From Zancudomyces culisetae HAW-14-8 (taxonomy: Eukaryota > Fungi > Kickxellomycota): 64,000 nt of DNA. The translations under genes and the position numbers were made by a program. Positions 1 through 11,200 of this stretch are shown piece after piece (the stretch's first letter is position 1; each line of letters starts with the position of its first letter). Under the pieces are notes generated by a model that was not told where the DNA came from, ran no database searches, and was given only the letters and a program-made list of their open reading frames with translations. Where the stretch lies: assembly GCA_052426225.1 (NCBI GenBank), contig JBNJNM010000021.1, positions 1,116,001 through 1,180,000 on the forward strand, given 5' to 3'.

Positions 1-2472
1 AGTTAGTGGGTTAGCTATTATAGCATATTTTTCAATAAACTTACGATAATAACCTGTCATCCCCAAAAATGACTGAACTTCTTTTATGCATGTCGGTGAC
101 TTTAACTTTGAAATGGCTTCAATTTTTGTTGAACTAGTTGCAATACCTTCACCCGAAATAACATGACCCAAATAATCAATTTCTGTTAACCCTATATTGC
201 ATTTATCTTTATGCAACTGTATCTGGCCTTGTTTCAATAATTCTAAAACTTCCTTAAGATCTTCTACATGACTGCTTGCACTTTTTGAAAAGACGATTAT
301 GTCGTCAACAAAAACAACTGCCTTCTTCCATAGAACTTTTTTCAACACAGTTTCCATTGTTCTTTGGAAAGTGGAAGGGCTATTTGTCAAACCGAAAGGC
401 ATGACGTTATAGTGGTAACTCCCCCCTCCCGGCAACGCGAATGACGTCTTTTCTCGGTCTTCTTCTGACATTTTTATTTGCCAAAAGCCGCTGAGTGCAT
501 CTAAAGTAGTAAAGATGCACGCACCAGCCAAGGCCATAAACAAATCCTGAATAATCGGTAGTGGGTATGAATCTTTGACTGTAACTGCGTTTAACTTCCT
601 ATAATCTGCGCAGATGCGCAGTTTACCGTTTTTCTTCTGGACAACCACCACCGGCGAGCACCACTCGGAGTTACTAGGTGCAATTACATTTTGCTCTAAC
701 ATCCTATCTATTTCTTTTCCTACTTCTTCTTGTAGACGAAACGGTATCCTGTACGGTCTTTGCTTAATTGGCCTGTTATCCGTGAGTACTATCCTGTGCT
801 CGGCTACATTTGTTTGCTTTAACTTGTCGATATCATCTACAAATAATTCGTTATAGTCCTGGATCAAGGCCTCTAAACCTGCTACACCATCACCTTGGAT
901 TCCTGTTGGTGATTCCGTGAAAAAATATAAATCCCAGGTTTCCTCTACAGTATGTGCTTCTTTGGTAGTAACTAGTGGTGTTACCACTTCTGCTCTATCC
1001 ACAGGTAATCTTAGTTCTGGCACTGCTAGATTTAGACTGGCTTTATGTTTTAAAAGCCAATCCATACCTAATATTATTGTTGGTGACATATTTCCCAACA
1101 CCACCAATGATGCTACGAACTCAATTTTACTAATCATAATTGGTACACCTGACACCACACCTAGAGTTTCATGACGTTTCCCGTCCGCTGTTATAATAAC
1201 GTGCGAACTCTTCATGTTAGGCTCCAAACCAATCTTGTTCAAAGCACCTGTAGTAATCACAGAGCATGCCGCCCCTGTGTCTACCACCGCTTTCCACTGT
1301 AACTGGTAAATCTCAACCGTCATACTACAGTTTGTAGTAGCTTTTTCCTGGATTCTTATCTCGTTTAGGGCGGTCTGCGGTGAAACTTCAACTATGTTTT
1401 TCCAATCCTGTGCAATTTTTTCCGAATTTTGAAGTAATTGAATCATGCTAATTTTTGGATAGACTTTCTCCAACTCTTCCCTCAAATTGAACTTTTTCAC
1501 TCTATCAATCGTTCCTGACTCCGGTTGGGTGACTCTCTCCGCCCGAAGCTCCTGTGCGTCCATGTCTCCCGTATTTCTAATCTTAGCTGGTCTTCCAACT
1601 CGACCAGCCGCATCCGTTGCTTTTCTTTTTTCTACCATAAGTACTTCGTCTACTTCAGTAGGTTCAGTACCTATGGATAAAAAATTGACTTTCTTTTCCT
1701 CGTGCTCCTTTTGAAACCGTGGACATTCAAACTTCCGGTGACCTTTCTCATGACAATAATAACACTCCCATGTGCTTGCACGTTCCACCTTTGCTTGACT
1801 TCCCCACTTTTTAGTTGAAGCAACCGTTTGATCTAACTTTTCCAAGAGGCTGACACTAAGCTCTTGAAAGGTTTTGAGAAACTCTCCAAACTGCCCAGCT
1901 TCCGTAGTCAATTCTTTTACCGACTTGCCTGACCGGGTAGCAGCGTTCTTAGTAGTTGGCTTACTACTCTTAATTGCTGCCTGTATATCCCTCCTACAAT
2001 TTGTACTTTGTTCCAACTTAGCCACTAACTTAAGTACCGCTTCTCTATCTAAACCTTCCTTATCTGAAAGTCTTTCCCTAATATCATCTGAGAACGTACT
2101 AACCAGTGAACCAAGTTTAGTCACCTCTTCCTTGATTCCTACTTGTTTCCATAACTTTTCCAATTCCATTTCTAGCTCCTCCAGACTTTCAAACTCTGCT
2201 CGTTTGATTGTTCCAAGTCTGGTCCATGCTCCACTAGTAGAAAACACTGTACTATATTTCTTTTTGAACTCCTTAGTATATATTTCCCACGACGTGAAAC
2301 TATTCTTGTTCCTCTTATACCAGATTGTTTCAGACTTGCCTAGCCACAACTTAACTAACCCGACCCAATCCTCAGGGTCCCACTTGTTAATCTTCGCAAT
2401 TAGTTGAAAGTCCTCAAGCCAGTCCTCGGCGTTTATTCCTTTCCCACTTTCGAATGTAGTGACTTTGTCCAT
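1..2472 (-). CDS. Gag-Pol polyprotein of element A, 3'-truncated by the window edge
   Basis: Manual reading from ATG 2472 (MDKVTTFESGKGINAEDWLEDF) shows a CCHC knuckle (CYYCHEKGHRKFEC), protease VVDTGAACS and RT motifs LDALSGFWQ and FVDD. It is absent from the ORF track, consistent with no stop inside the window. Confidence 0.88.
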   Translation of the reverse strand, partial: MDKVTTFESGKGINAEDWLEDFQLIAKINKWDPEDWVGLVKLWLGKSETIWYKRNKNSFTSWEIYTKEFKKKYSTVFSTSGAWTRLGTIKRAEFESLEELEMELEKLWKQVGIKEEVTKLGSLVSTFSDDIRERLSDKEGLDREAVLKLVAKLEQSTNCRRDIQAAIKSSKPTTKNAATRSGKSVKELTTEAGQFGEFLKTFQELSVSLLEKLDQTVASTKKWGSQAKVERASTWECYYCHEKGHRKFECPRFQKEHEEKKVNFLSIGTEPTEVDEVLMVEKRKATDAAGRVGRPAKIRNTGDMDAQELRAERVTQPESGTIDRVKKFNLREELEKVYPKISMIQLLQNSEKIAQDWKNIVEVSPQTALNEIRIQEKATTNCSMTVEIYQLQWKAVVDTGAACSVITTGALNKIGLEPNMKSSHVIITADGKRHETLGVVSGVPIMISKIEFVASLVVLGNMSPTIILGMDWLLKHKASLNLAVPELRLPVDRAEVVTPLVTTKEAHTVEETWDLYFFTESPTGIQGDGVAGLEALIQDYNELFVDDIDKLKQTNVAEHRIVLTDNRPIKQRPYRIPFRLQEEVGKEIDRMLEQNVIAPSNSEWCSPVVVVQKKNGKLRICADYRKLNAVTVKDSYPLPIIQDLFMALAGACIFTTLDALSGFWQIKMSEEDREKTSFALPGGGSYHYNVMPFGLTNSPSTFQRTMETVLKKVLWKKAVVFVDDIIVFSKSASSHVEDLKEVLELLKQGQIQLHKDKCNIGLTEIDYLGHVISGEGIATSSTKIEAISKLKSPTCIKEVQSFLGMTGYYRKFIEKYAIIANPLT

Positions 2473-2493
2473 GATTCAATTAGTATCGATGTA

Positions 2494-2513
2494 GATTCCG
2501 ACAGAAGGCACCA
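2494..2513 (-). promoter_or_regulatory. Primer-binding site of A (probably tRNA-Thr type)
   Basis: + strand GATTCCGACAGAAGGCACCA resembles a tRNA 3' end with CCA, 1 nt from the LTR; isotype is inferred from resemblance to fungal tRNA-Thr acceptor stems. Confidence 0.7.
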
Positions 2514-2884
2514 CTGTCGTATAATAAAGAAATTTTATTTATACCTAATGTAAAAACAATATAATTTGTAACTCTAAGTAAGTATTATCCTTGATAACTA
2601 ATACCACTTAAAGATTAACTTGTACTGATATATTGAGTGATTAGAATCTAATATTTATTAATGTGAACCAAAAAATCTGATAGATAAAACTCTCACAAAA
2701 ACTCTACCAAACCTTAAATAAAAACTAATTACGATTAAAGGGATTCAATTTTCATTGTTTTTCCTTTACGTAATTTTAGCCAATAAAACCTATCTAAAAT
2801 AACTTTATAAAATTGAACTAAAAAATATACTAAAATAAACAAAACTAAACTAAAACATAGTACTATTGTACTATACGACAGTTT

Positions 2885-5800
2885 TGTTAGCGAGTTGGTT
2901 CTTTAACCTCGCTTAATTAAAAACTGTTATTTACTTTGATAACTAAATATGTATTTAACTATATTTATTCAAGTTTAAAATATATATAAGTTATAGACTT
3001 CTAGTAAATAGATCAAAACTGAATTTATTGATATCTTTCGACTTACTGAAAAACTTCAAGTATTTATAACTTAAAAACTAACTAATACTTAATAAACTAA
3101 TATAAAACTATATAATAATTTAAACCTATTTTTTTGTTATTAATTCTAATCTAGAAAAAACCCGAAGATCAAAAAAACTAAACTAGAACCTTGTAATGTT
3201 AAATAAACTAATTATAAACCTTAGCAGATCATATATTTTGACCTACAATATTAATAATATAAATAATATAGATAAACAAACCTAATTGGAGTGCCGATTA
3301 TATCGTGGTTAGAGGTGATCTACGCCACTATATAACAGTACCCCCCCTTTTAAGCGTGGATTCCCACATCACGCTCTCGATGTTTAAACCTTTTAAGAGT
3401 GGTTTTAAGTCTTGTCGTTACCTCGGGGATCATGTTGTTACTTGCATTATACATTTTTAGAAGATCGCCATTTACCAAATCTCGACTCCCATGATTATCG
3501 TTAATGATATATGCGCCTTTAGCGAGCACTCTTTCGACTTGGTAGGGCCCTTCCCAATAACTTTCTAGTTTTGACTTTTCGATTTCGACTCGTTTCAAAA
3601 CGTAATCACCGATTTTGAATTTGTAAATTTTGACATCTCGATTATACCTAATTTCCATTGCCTTTTTGGCAATTACTGAATTTCTATAAGCTAGTGTTCT
3701 TAGTTCCGGTAAATCTACTTTAAAACTTTTTATCCTACTAAGTATGTTATCTTGTATATTTTCTATATCTCCATTATACACCCAAGTACTAGGCAAACTT
3801 ACATTTACACCATATAATAGCTCTGATGGTGTAAATTTTGTAGACTTATTTTTCATTGTTCTTACCACCAGTAAACTTCTCCAAATAAACGAATCCCAAT
3901 TATCTTTATCATTTTTGCATTGTTTAACTAAAATTTCCATTAGCGTCCTATTAAATCGTTCTACTTGACCATTGCTTTGAGGTCGATAAGCGGTAGTTGG
4001 TCTATGGTCCAATCCTAACCACTCAAAAACTTTTGTGGTACTTTCTGAAATGAAACTCGAACCTCTATCACTTATTATTTGTTGAGGTACCCCATATGGT
4101 GCAATAATATCGTTAATTATAAAATTTATTATTGTTTCGCTTAATAAATTTGGTACTGGCACCGCGATTGGCCATTTTGTAAAATAATCAATTGCAGATA
4201 AAATATAACGATTTCCACTTTTAGAAATTGGTGCAATTGGCCCAATAGCATCAATTCCAATAATTTGAAATGGCTTTGAAGTTATTATTGGAACTAAATT
4301 GTTTCGTTTAGATTTTCCTCCATTGTATAATTGACAAATATGGCAGGATTTTACAATTTCTACTACTTCTTTATATAAATTTTTTCCTGTATATTTATTT
4401 GAAACTCGAGTCCAGGTATTTTCGATTCCCTCATGGCCCTCGTTATGTATTCGTAAAATAACATCCTTAAAATTTTTTTCATTTAGTACTTCTTTTAATT
4501 CATTTTTTACTTTTTTATATAATTTATCACCTAAAAGACGGAACTGTCTCGACCTGTTTTGTATTTTTTCTCTTTCTTTATCTGTTGCTCCATCTGGGTA
4601 TTCCATCTTTGAGAGGTAAGTTACGACGTCCGAATAATCGAGTAGATCCATAGCGTATATGTCTAACTGTTTATCACTTTGCGAAATATTAGGGTTTCTT
4701 GAAAGTCCATCTGCAGGATTATTTTTACCCGGTAGGTGTTCAATTATATAATCATAACTTCTCAGTATCATTGCCCATCTAGCAATCCTACCTGAGATTT
4801 CAGAACCATTAAATATATTAAGTAAAGACTTGTGATCGGTGCGGATTATAAACTTCCGTCCCCATACATAGTATTTATATTTCCTTACAGCCCATACCAC
4901 GGCTAACGCTTCTAAATGGCTAATCGAATAGTTCTTCTCAGCTTTGTTCGTAGTACGACTAGCGTACTCAATTACTCTTTCAGCTCCATTAATTGTCTGT
5001 GAAAGTACTGCTCCGATGCCAGCAACAGATGCATCAGTTGTAATTATAAATATTTCTTCCCAGACAGGAAATCCAAGAACAGGTGCTGTGACTAGTTTCG
5101 ACTTTAGTTCTTCCAAAGCTTGATTTTGTTCTTCTCCCCAACTCCAGGTGCTATCCTTTTTCAATAACTTAGTAAGTGGTCCTGCTATGTTGGAATATCC
5201 GTTTATATACTTTCTATAATAACCCGTCAAGCCTAAAATGGATTGAAGTTCTTTAACATTGTTAGGTGGTATAATTTTCTTAATAGATTCGATCTTAGAC
5301 GGACTGGTACCGATACCGTTTTTCGAAATCGTATGACCGAGATACTCGAGTTCTAATTGACCTACCACACATTTTTCTTTATGCAATTGGATCCCATTTT
5401 TCCTGAGTAGTGTAAATACTTCCTTTAGATCATTTTTGTGCTGTTCTACACTTTTTGAATAAATAATGATGTCGTCAACAAAAACAACTGTATTTTTCCA
5501 CAACACGTCTTTCAGTACCACTTCCATAGCCCTTTGAAAAGTAGCAGGACTGTTTGTCAGTCCGAATGGCATTACGTTGTACTGGAAACTACCACCACCA
5601 GGTATAGCGAATGCTGTCTTACATTTATCACTTTCTCTCATCTTAATTTGCCAAAAGCCGCTTAACGCGTCTAATGACGTAAATATAGTTGCTCCGGCTA
5701 ATGCCATAAACAGGTCATCGATGACAGGTAAAGGATAGGCGTCTTTACGAGTTACCGAATTCAATTTTCGATAATCCGCGCATACACGAAGCTTACCATT

Positions 5801-8232
5801 TTTTTTTAAGACAACGACTACTGGAGAACACCATTCGGAGATACATGGTTCAATCACACCTCTTTTTTCCATTTCTTCGAGTTCTTTTCTCACTTTTTCT
5901 TGAGTTTTTTGAGGCATCCTATACGGTCTTAGTTTAATTGGGGTTTCATCAATTAAATCTATCCTATGTTCCATAACATCTGTTTGTTGGAGTTCAGAAA
6001 TATCATCAACAAATATATCTTTAAACTCGTTTAACACTTCTTTAAATTCTTCAGGATTAGCTTCTATCTTAGATACCGTTTCCTCTTTGCATAGCAAATA
6101 AAGTTCTTGTTCTTCCTTATGTGCTGTATTATAAGTAAACATCGCTAGTTTGGTGGTTATCTCAGCGTTTTCAATAGGTAGTCTTAACTCTGGGATACGT
6201 AGATTTAATGATACGCGATGTTCTAACAACCAGTCAGTTCCAAGGATTAAAATATCTTCGTTCCGGTCCATTACCCACAAGTTAACCGGGAACATAAAAG
6301 AAGATACTTTTAGTGGTACATCACTGACTTTTCCTAGAGTAGTATGACGTTTTCCGTCTGCGGTTACGATTACTTGTTTTGAATAGCTATCTGGGCTTAA
6401 CCCCCATTCTTCAACTAAATTTGAAGTCACTACTGAGCACGCCGCTCCAGTGTCTACGACCGCCCAAATACTCTGACCAAATACTTTCACTAAAGCTTTA
6501 CAGTTAGATAGCTTTTTTGCCTCTACTTCAAATTCATTAACTTCAGAAATTCTTTTATTATTAATGTACTCAACCATCTCTTCTTTCATAGAAGCAGAAT
6601 TATTCAAAAGTTGCAATACATTTACTTTTAATGAGACTTTTTCAAGTTCTTTTATAATAGAAAAGGTATCATTATTATCTGACTTTGACATAATATTTTC
6701 CGAATTTTCTACAACTGATGGTGACGAAGTAGATTTATCAGTATTTTGGTTTTGCTGGGGATGCGTTTCCTGAATTCGAGGTCTTCCAGGTTTTCTTACC
6801 CTCTCATAATTTTCTGGACTATTTTTTCTTTTTTCAACCGAAAAGATATCCTGCTCAATAAGGTCGGATTCATCCGCAATTTGAATATAATTAACAGATT
6901 TTTCCGATTCAACCTTAATTGGTTCTTCCTTAGTAAACTTAATCAACTCAGGGCACTCATTCCTAGTATGTCCATCCTTTTGGCAATTGTAACAAACTAC
7001 TTTTCTTGGTCCCATAAATCGTGGTCTGTTTCTCTCAGCTTCTTTAATTTTTTTATCAACCACTTCGTCAACTTTATTAAGTAAGTTGACACTTAACTCA
7101 TTAAACATTTTCATAAATTGACCTAAAGGTTTCTGGTCTTTCACTAATTCCTTTACATTTTTACCAGATTTACTGGCCGCGTTGCGGTTATATTCTTTAG
7201 GTTTTGCTTGAGACTCTTTATATTCTCCCTTGTTAAAACTAGTGCTACGAACTTCCTCTTTTATCAGTCTTGTTATAATTTCTGACCAACTAGAGATGTT
7301 TTCATTTTCAACTACTTTTAGACTTTCAGGGCGAAGTGTACTCAGTAACCAATCAGTTCTTACAGCCACTTCTGTAACTTTGGCACTATCTAGTAAACTT
7401 GTCAATTCAAGTTCAAGCTCTTCCACTGTATCAAACTCAGCTTGCTTTATTGTACGTAATCTTCCCCAGATCTGTGATTTAGACTTTACTACTGCAAACT
7501 TCTTAACAAATTCTTCCACAAAGTTCTCCCAACTGGTGAATGTAGACTTATTCTTCTTGTACCATACTTTTTCATTGTTACCTAAATAAAGTTTTACAAA
7601 ATCCACCCAGTCATCTTGACCCCATTTGTTAAGCTTTGCAACCAAACGAAATTCTTCAATCCAATCTTCAGGGTCTGAGTAACAACCTGCATGAAAAGTT
7701 TTAGGTGCATTCATTATTACTTAATTTTGATATAGAATTTAATAAATATTTAAATTAGATATCCTGTCGCTGACGCCACTGTTAGCGAGTTGGTTCTTTA
7801 ACCTCGCTTAATTAAAAACTGTTATTTACTTTGATAACTAAATATGTATTTAACTATATTTATTCAAGTTTAAAATATATATAAGTTATAGACTTCTAGT
7901 AAATAGATCAAAACTGAATTTATTGATATCTTTCGACTTACTGAAAAACTTCAAGTATTTATAACTTAAAAACTAACTAATACTTAATAAACTAATATAA
8001 AACTATATAATAATTTAAACCTATTTTTTTGTTATTAATTCTAATCTAGAAAAAACCCGAAGATCAAAAAAACTAAACTAGAACCTTGTAATGTTAAATA
8101 AACTAATTATAAACCTTAGCAGATCATATATTTTGACCTACAATATTAATAATATAAATAATATAAATAAACAAACCTAATTGGAGTGCCGATTATATCG
8201 TGGTTAGAGGTGATCTACGCCACTATATAACA
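2885..8232 (-). mobile_element. Full-length Ty3/gypsy element B
   Basis: 453-bp LTRs 2885-3337 and 7780-8232 (one difference seen), PPT at ~3341-3351, PBS 7761-7778, TSD GTTT. Confidence 0.97.
3350..7714 (-). CDS. Single-ORF Gag-Pol (CCHC, PR, RT, RNase H, integrase; no chromodomain), element B
   Basis: 1454 aa; CYNCQKDGHTRNEC, VDTGAACS, VFVDD, TDAS, HHCC zinc finger, D..SDRG..E, WEGPY. Confidence 0.96.
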   Translation of the reverse strand: MNAPKTFHAGCYSDPEDWIEEFRLVAKLNKWGQDDWVDFVKLYLGNNEKVWYKKNKSTFTSWENFVEEFVKKFAVVKSKSQIWGRLRTIKQAEFDTVEELELELTSLLDSAKVTEVAVRTDWLLSTLRPESLKVVENENISSWSEIITRLIKEEVRSTSFNKGEYKESQAKPKEYNRNAASKSGKNVKELVKDQKPLGQFMKMFNELSVNLLNKVDEVVDKKIKEAERNRPRFMGPRKVVCYNCQKDGHTRNECPELIKFTKEEPIKVESEKSVNYIQIADESDLIEQDIFSVEKRKNSPENYERVRKPGRPRIQETHPQQNQNTDKSTSSPSVVENSENIMSKSDNNDTFSIIKELEKVSLKVNVLQLLNNSASMKEEMVEYINNKRISEVNEFEVEAKKLSNCKALVKVFGQSIWAVVDTGAACSVVTSNLVEEWGLSPDSYSKQVIVTADGKRHTTLGKVSDVPLKVSSFMFPVNLWVMDRNEDILILGTDWLLEHRVSLNLRIPELRLPIENAEITTKLAMFTYNTAHKEEQELYLLCKEETVSKIEANPEEFKEVLNEFKDIFVDDISELQQTDVMEHRIDLIDETPIKLRPYRMPQKTQEKVRKELEEMEKRGVIEPCISEWCSPVVVVLKKNGKLRVCADYRKLNSVTRKDAYPLPVIDDLFMALAGATIFTSLDALSGFWQIKMRESDKCKTAFAIPGGGSFQYNVMPFGLTNSPATFQRAMEVVLKDVLWKNTVVFVDDIIIYSKSVEQHKNDLKEVFTLLRKNGIQLHKEKCVVGQLELEYLGHTISKNGIGTSPSKIESIKKIIPPNNVKELQSILGLTGYYRKYINGYSNIAGPLTKLLKKDSTWSWGEEQNQALEELKSKLVTAPVLGFPVWEEIFIITTDASVAGIGAVLSQTINGAERVIEYASRTTNKAEKNYSISHLEALAVVWAVRKYKYYVWGRKFIIRTDHKSLLNIFNGSEISGRIARWAMILRSYDYIIEHLPGKNNPADGLSRNPNISQSDKQLDIYAMDLLDYSDVVTYLSKMEYPDGATDKEREKIQNRSRQFRLLGDKLYKKVKNELKEVLNEKNFKDVILRIHNEGHEGIENTWTRVSNKYTGKNLYKEVVEIVKSCHICQLYNGGKSKRNNLVPIITSKPFQIIGIDAIGPIAPISKSGNRYILSAIDYFTKWPIAVPVPNLLSETIINFIINDIIAPYGVPQQIISDRGSSFISESTTKVFEWLGLDHRPTTAYRPQSNGQVERFNRTLMEILVKQCKNDKDNWDSFIWRSLLVVRTMKNKSTKFTPSELLYGVNVSLPSTWVYNGDIENIQDNILSRIKSFKVDLPELRTLAYRNSVIAKKAMEIRYNRDVKIYKFKIGDYVLKRVEIEKSKLESYWEGPYQVERVLAKGAYIINDNHGSRDLVNGDLLKMYNASNNMIPEVTTRLKTTLKRFKHRERDVGIHA

Positions 8233-8237
8233 GTTTT

Positions 8238-11200
8238 TGTCAGATACTAACGTTTTTATGCTAGTATCTCTTATATTTAATACTACTATGCTAAATATAA
8301 AACTATGTTATTCTATTTTTAAATAATACTATGTTCTATTTCAGACCTAAGTTGTATATCTTTTTATTCCTAAATTAACTATTTATTGTGTAACATTTAT
8401 AAAAAACTAACTAAAAAACTCTTATATAAGATACTACTAAAAAATTATATTTAAAAACGAAATGTTATTAGAAAAAATCACTAGGATAAAAAAAACTAAT
8501 GCATTTCGGATTCGTAACCAGTTACGAATCAATTGTCAATTTGCTATATGACAGCTCCCCCCTTTTAAGCGCGGATGCCCTCATTCCGCCGGGACTGCTT
8601 AAATCGCTTCAACTTAGTCTTCAGTGTCGTTGTTACATCCGGAATCATATAGTTGCTGGTGTGGTACTTCTTAAGCATATCTCCATGAGCTAATTCTCTG
8701 TTACCTTCTTGATCACTTATAACATACGCACCCTTGCTTAAAGCTCTTTCAACCGTGTAGGGGCCTTCCCAATAATGTTCGAGTTTTGACCTCTCCATGT
8801 CTACCAACTTAAGAACCTTCTCACCTACCTCAAACCTATGGTACGTGACACCCTTGTTATACCTTGTTGCCTGTGAACTTTTGGCTTCGATAGAACTCTT
8901 ATGAGCCAGATTTCTCAACACAGGTAAGTCGTCATTTATCTGTTTCACCCTGCTTAAAATCAATTCCTCTACGTTTTCAATTTCTCCATTGTACTTCCAT
9001 GTAGTGGGTAGTGAAAGCTCAACGCCATACAGCATCTCCGCCGGACTGTATCCAATCGATTTATTTCTCAAAGTTCGTATTACCAGTAGAGTTTTCCATA
9101 GGTAGGCATCCCACTTCTGTTTATCATTCCGACATTGCTTAATCAATACATTCATGAGAGTTTGGTTCAGTCGTTCCGTCTGACCATTACTCTGAGGCCT
9201 GTACGAGGTCGTGGGAGTGTGGTGTATACCCAACCACTCGTACACTTGAGTCGCACATTCAGATAGGAAGCTGGACCCACGGTCACTAATCAGTTGTTGA
9301 GGTACTCCAAATGGTGCTATGACCTCATTTATAAGGAAATTTATTACGGTGTTACTTTGTATATTGGGTACAGCTAATGCAATAGGCCATTTCGTGAACA
9401 GGTCTATAGCCGTCAAGATGAACCTGTTTCCACTAGCGGAAATCGGTGCTATTGGCCCGATTGCGTCAATTCCGACTATCTGGAAAGGTTTCGTTGTAAC
9501 TATTGGAACCAGTGGATGCCTTTTACTTTTACTACCCTTGTATAATTGGCATACCGGGCAACACTTTACGATTTCCTTGACCTCTCTATATATATTCCTA
9601 CTGGTATACCTCTGTGATACACGCAACCAGGTGTTTTCTATGCCTTCGTGCCCTTCGTTGTGTATTGACTCAACTACTTGGCGGATATTTCCTCGATGCA
9701 AAACCTCTTTCAAACATCCTTTTACTTCTTTCATTAGTTTACCCTTATCGATTTTATATAGTTTAGATCTTCTCTTTAGCCTTTCTTTGTACTCCACATC
9801 TATATTGTCTGGTAACTTCTTTTCCGTAAGGTACTGTTTTATATCTTCGTATTCTAAAATTTCCATGGCAAACACGTCGAGCTCTACATCATCCTGTTCA
9901 TTCTCATTCTCAGTAACTAGTCGAGACAGAGCATCGGCTGGGTTGATAATTCCGGGTAAATGCTCTATGGTACAATCAAAACTACGTAGGACCATAGCCC
10001 AGCGTGCAACACGACCTGTTATATCTGGGCTATTGAACAATTGGATTAACGACTTGTGGTCGGTTCTGATTCTGAACTTTCTACCCCATACGTAGAATTT
10101 GAACTTTTTAACTGACCAAACCACGGCCAAGCCTTCCAAATGGCTTATGGAGTAGTTTTTTTCTGCTGGAGTGGTGGTTCGGCTTGCATACTCTATTATT
10201 TTCTCACCTTCGCTGGTAATCTGAGATAACACACCTCCTATTCCTATTGCTGATGCGTCCGTGGTGATCACAAACTCGACGGTCCAGTCTGGATGACCTA
10301 ATACCGGTGCAGAAGACATCAATACCTTCAATTGTCTAAGCGCCTCTTCCTGCTCGTCACCCCAGTCCCATTTTACAGACTTCTTCAGTAGTTGCGTTAA
10401 GGGACTGGTGACCCGAGAATAGTTAGGAATATATTTCCTGTAATATCCAGTCATCCCTAATGCCGATTGCAATTCCTTAACGCACGTCGGAGCCTTTATA
10501 TTGTTTATAGCTTCCACTTTCTTTGGGCTGGTTCCTATCCCCTTGGCGGATATTGTGTGCCCTAGATATTCGAGTTCTGTAAATCCTATAACGCATTTAT
10601 CCCGGTGGAGCTGTATTTGATTCTTTTCTAATAATGCTAAAACCTTATCCAAATCTTCCGCATGCTTATTGATTTCTTTCGAGAAGACGATAATATCGTC
10701 CACAAAAACTACGGCACACTTCCATAACAGAGGTTGTAGTACTTTTTCCATTGCGCGTTGGAACGTCGCCGGACTATTCGTTAGTCCAAACGGCATGACG
10801 TTATATTCAAAAGCGCCACTCCCTGGGATGGCAAAGGCTGTTTTTGCTTTGTCGGCGCTATGCATACGGATCTGCCAAAATCCGCTCATGGCGTCAAGGC
10901 AGCTAAACACAACCGCGCCAGACAAAGCCATGAACAGATCTGCGATAACAGGGAGCGGATAACTATCCTTTCTTGTCACCTCATTGAGCCTCCGGTAGTC
11001 GGCGCAGACGCGTATCTTTCCGTTTTTCTTATGGACTATCACCACTGGAGCGCACCATTCAGAAGTTGTCGGTGAAATAATTCCCTGTTTTTCCATTTCC
11101 TTTAATTCATGCAATACCTGCTCTTGCTGCCTATGCGGTATCCGGTAAGGCCTGAGCTTGATAGGTGTCTCATCTTTTACCTGGATACGATGTTCTATCA

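Larger units (their letters stand above)
1..2880 (-). mobile_element. Ty3/gypsy element A (5' part; continues left of the window)
   Basis: 5' LTR 2515-2880 (TGTCGTATA...TATACGACA), tRNA-type PBS 2494-2513, and a gag-PR-RT frame running off the left edge. Confidence 0.93.
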
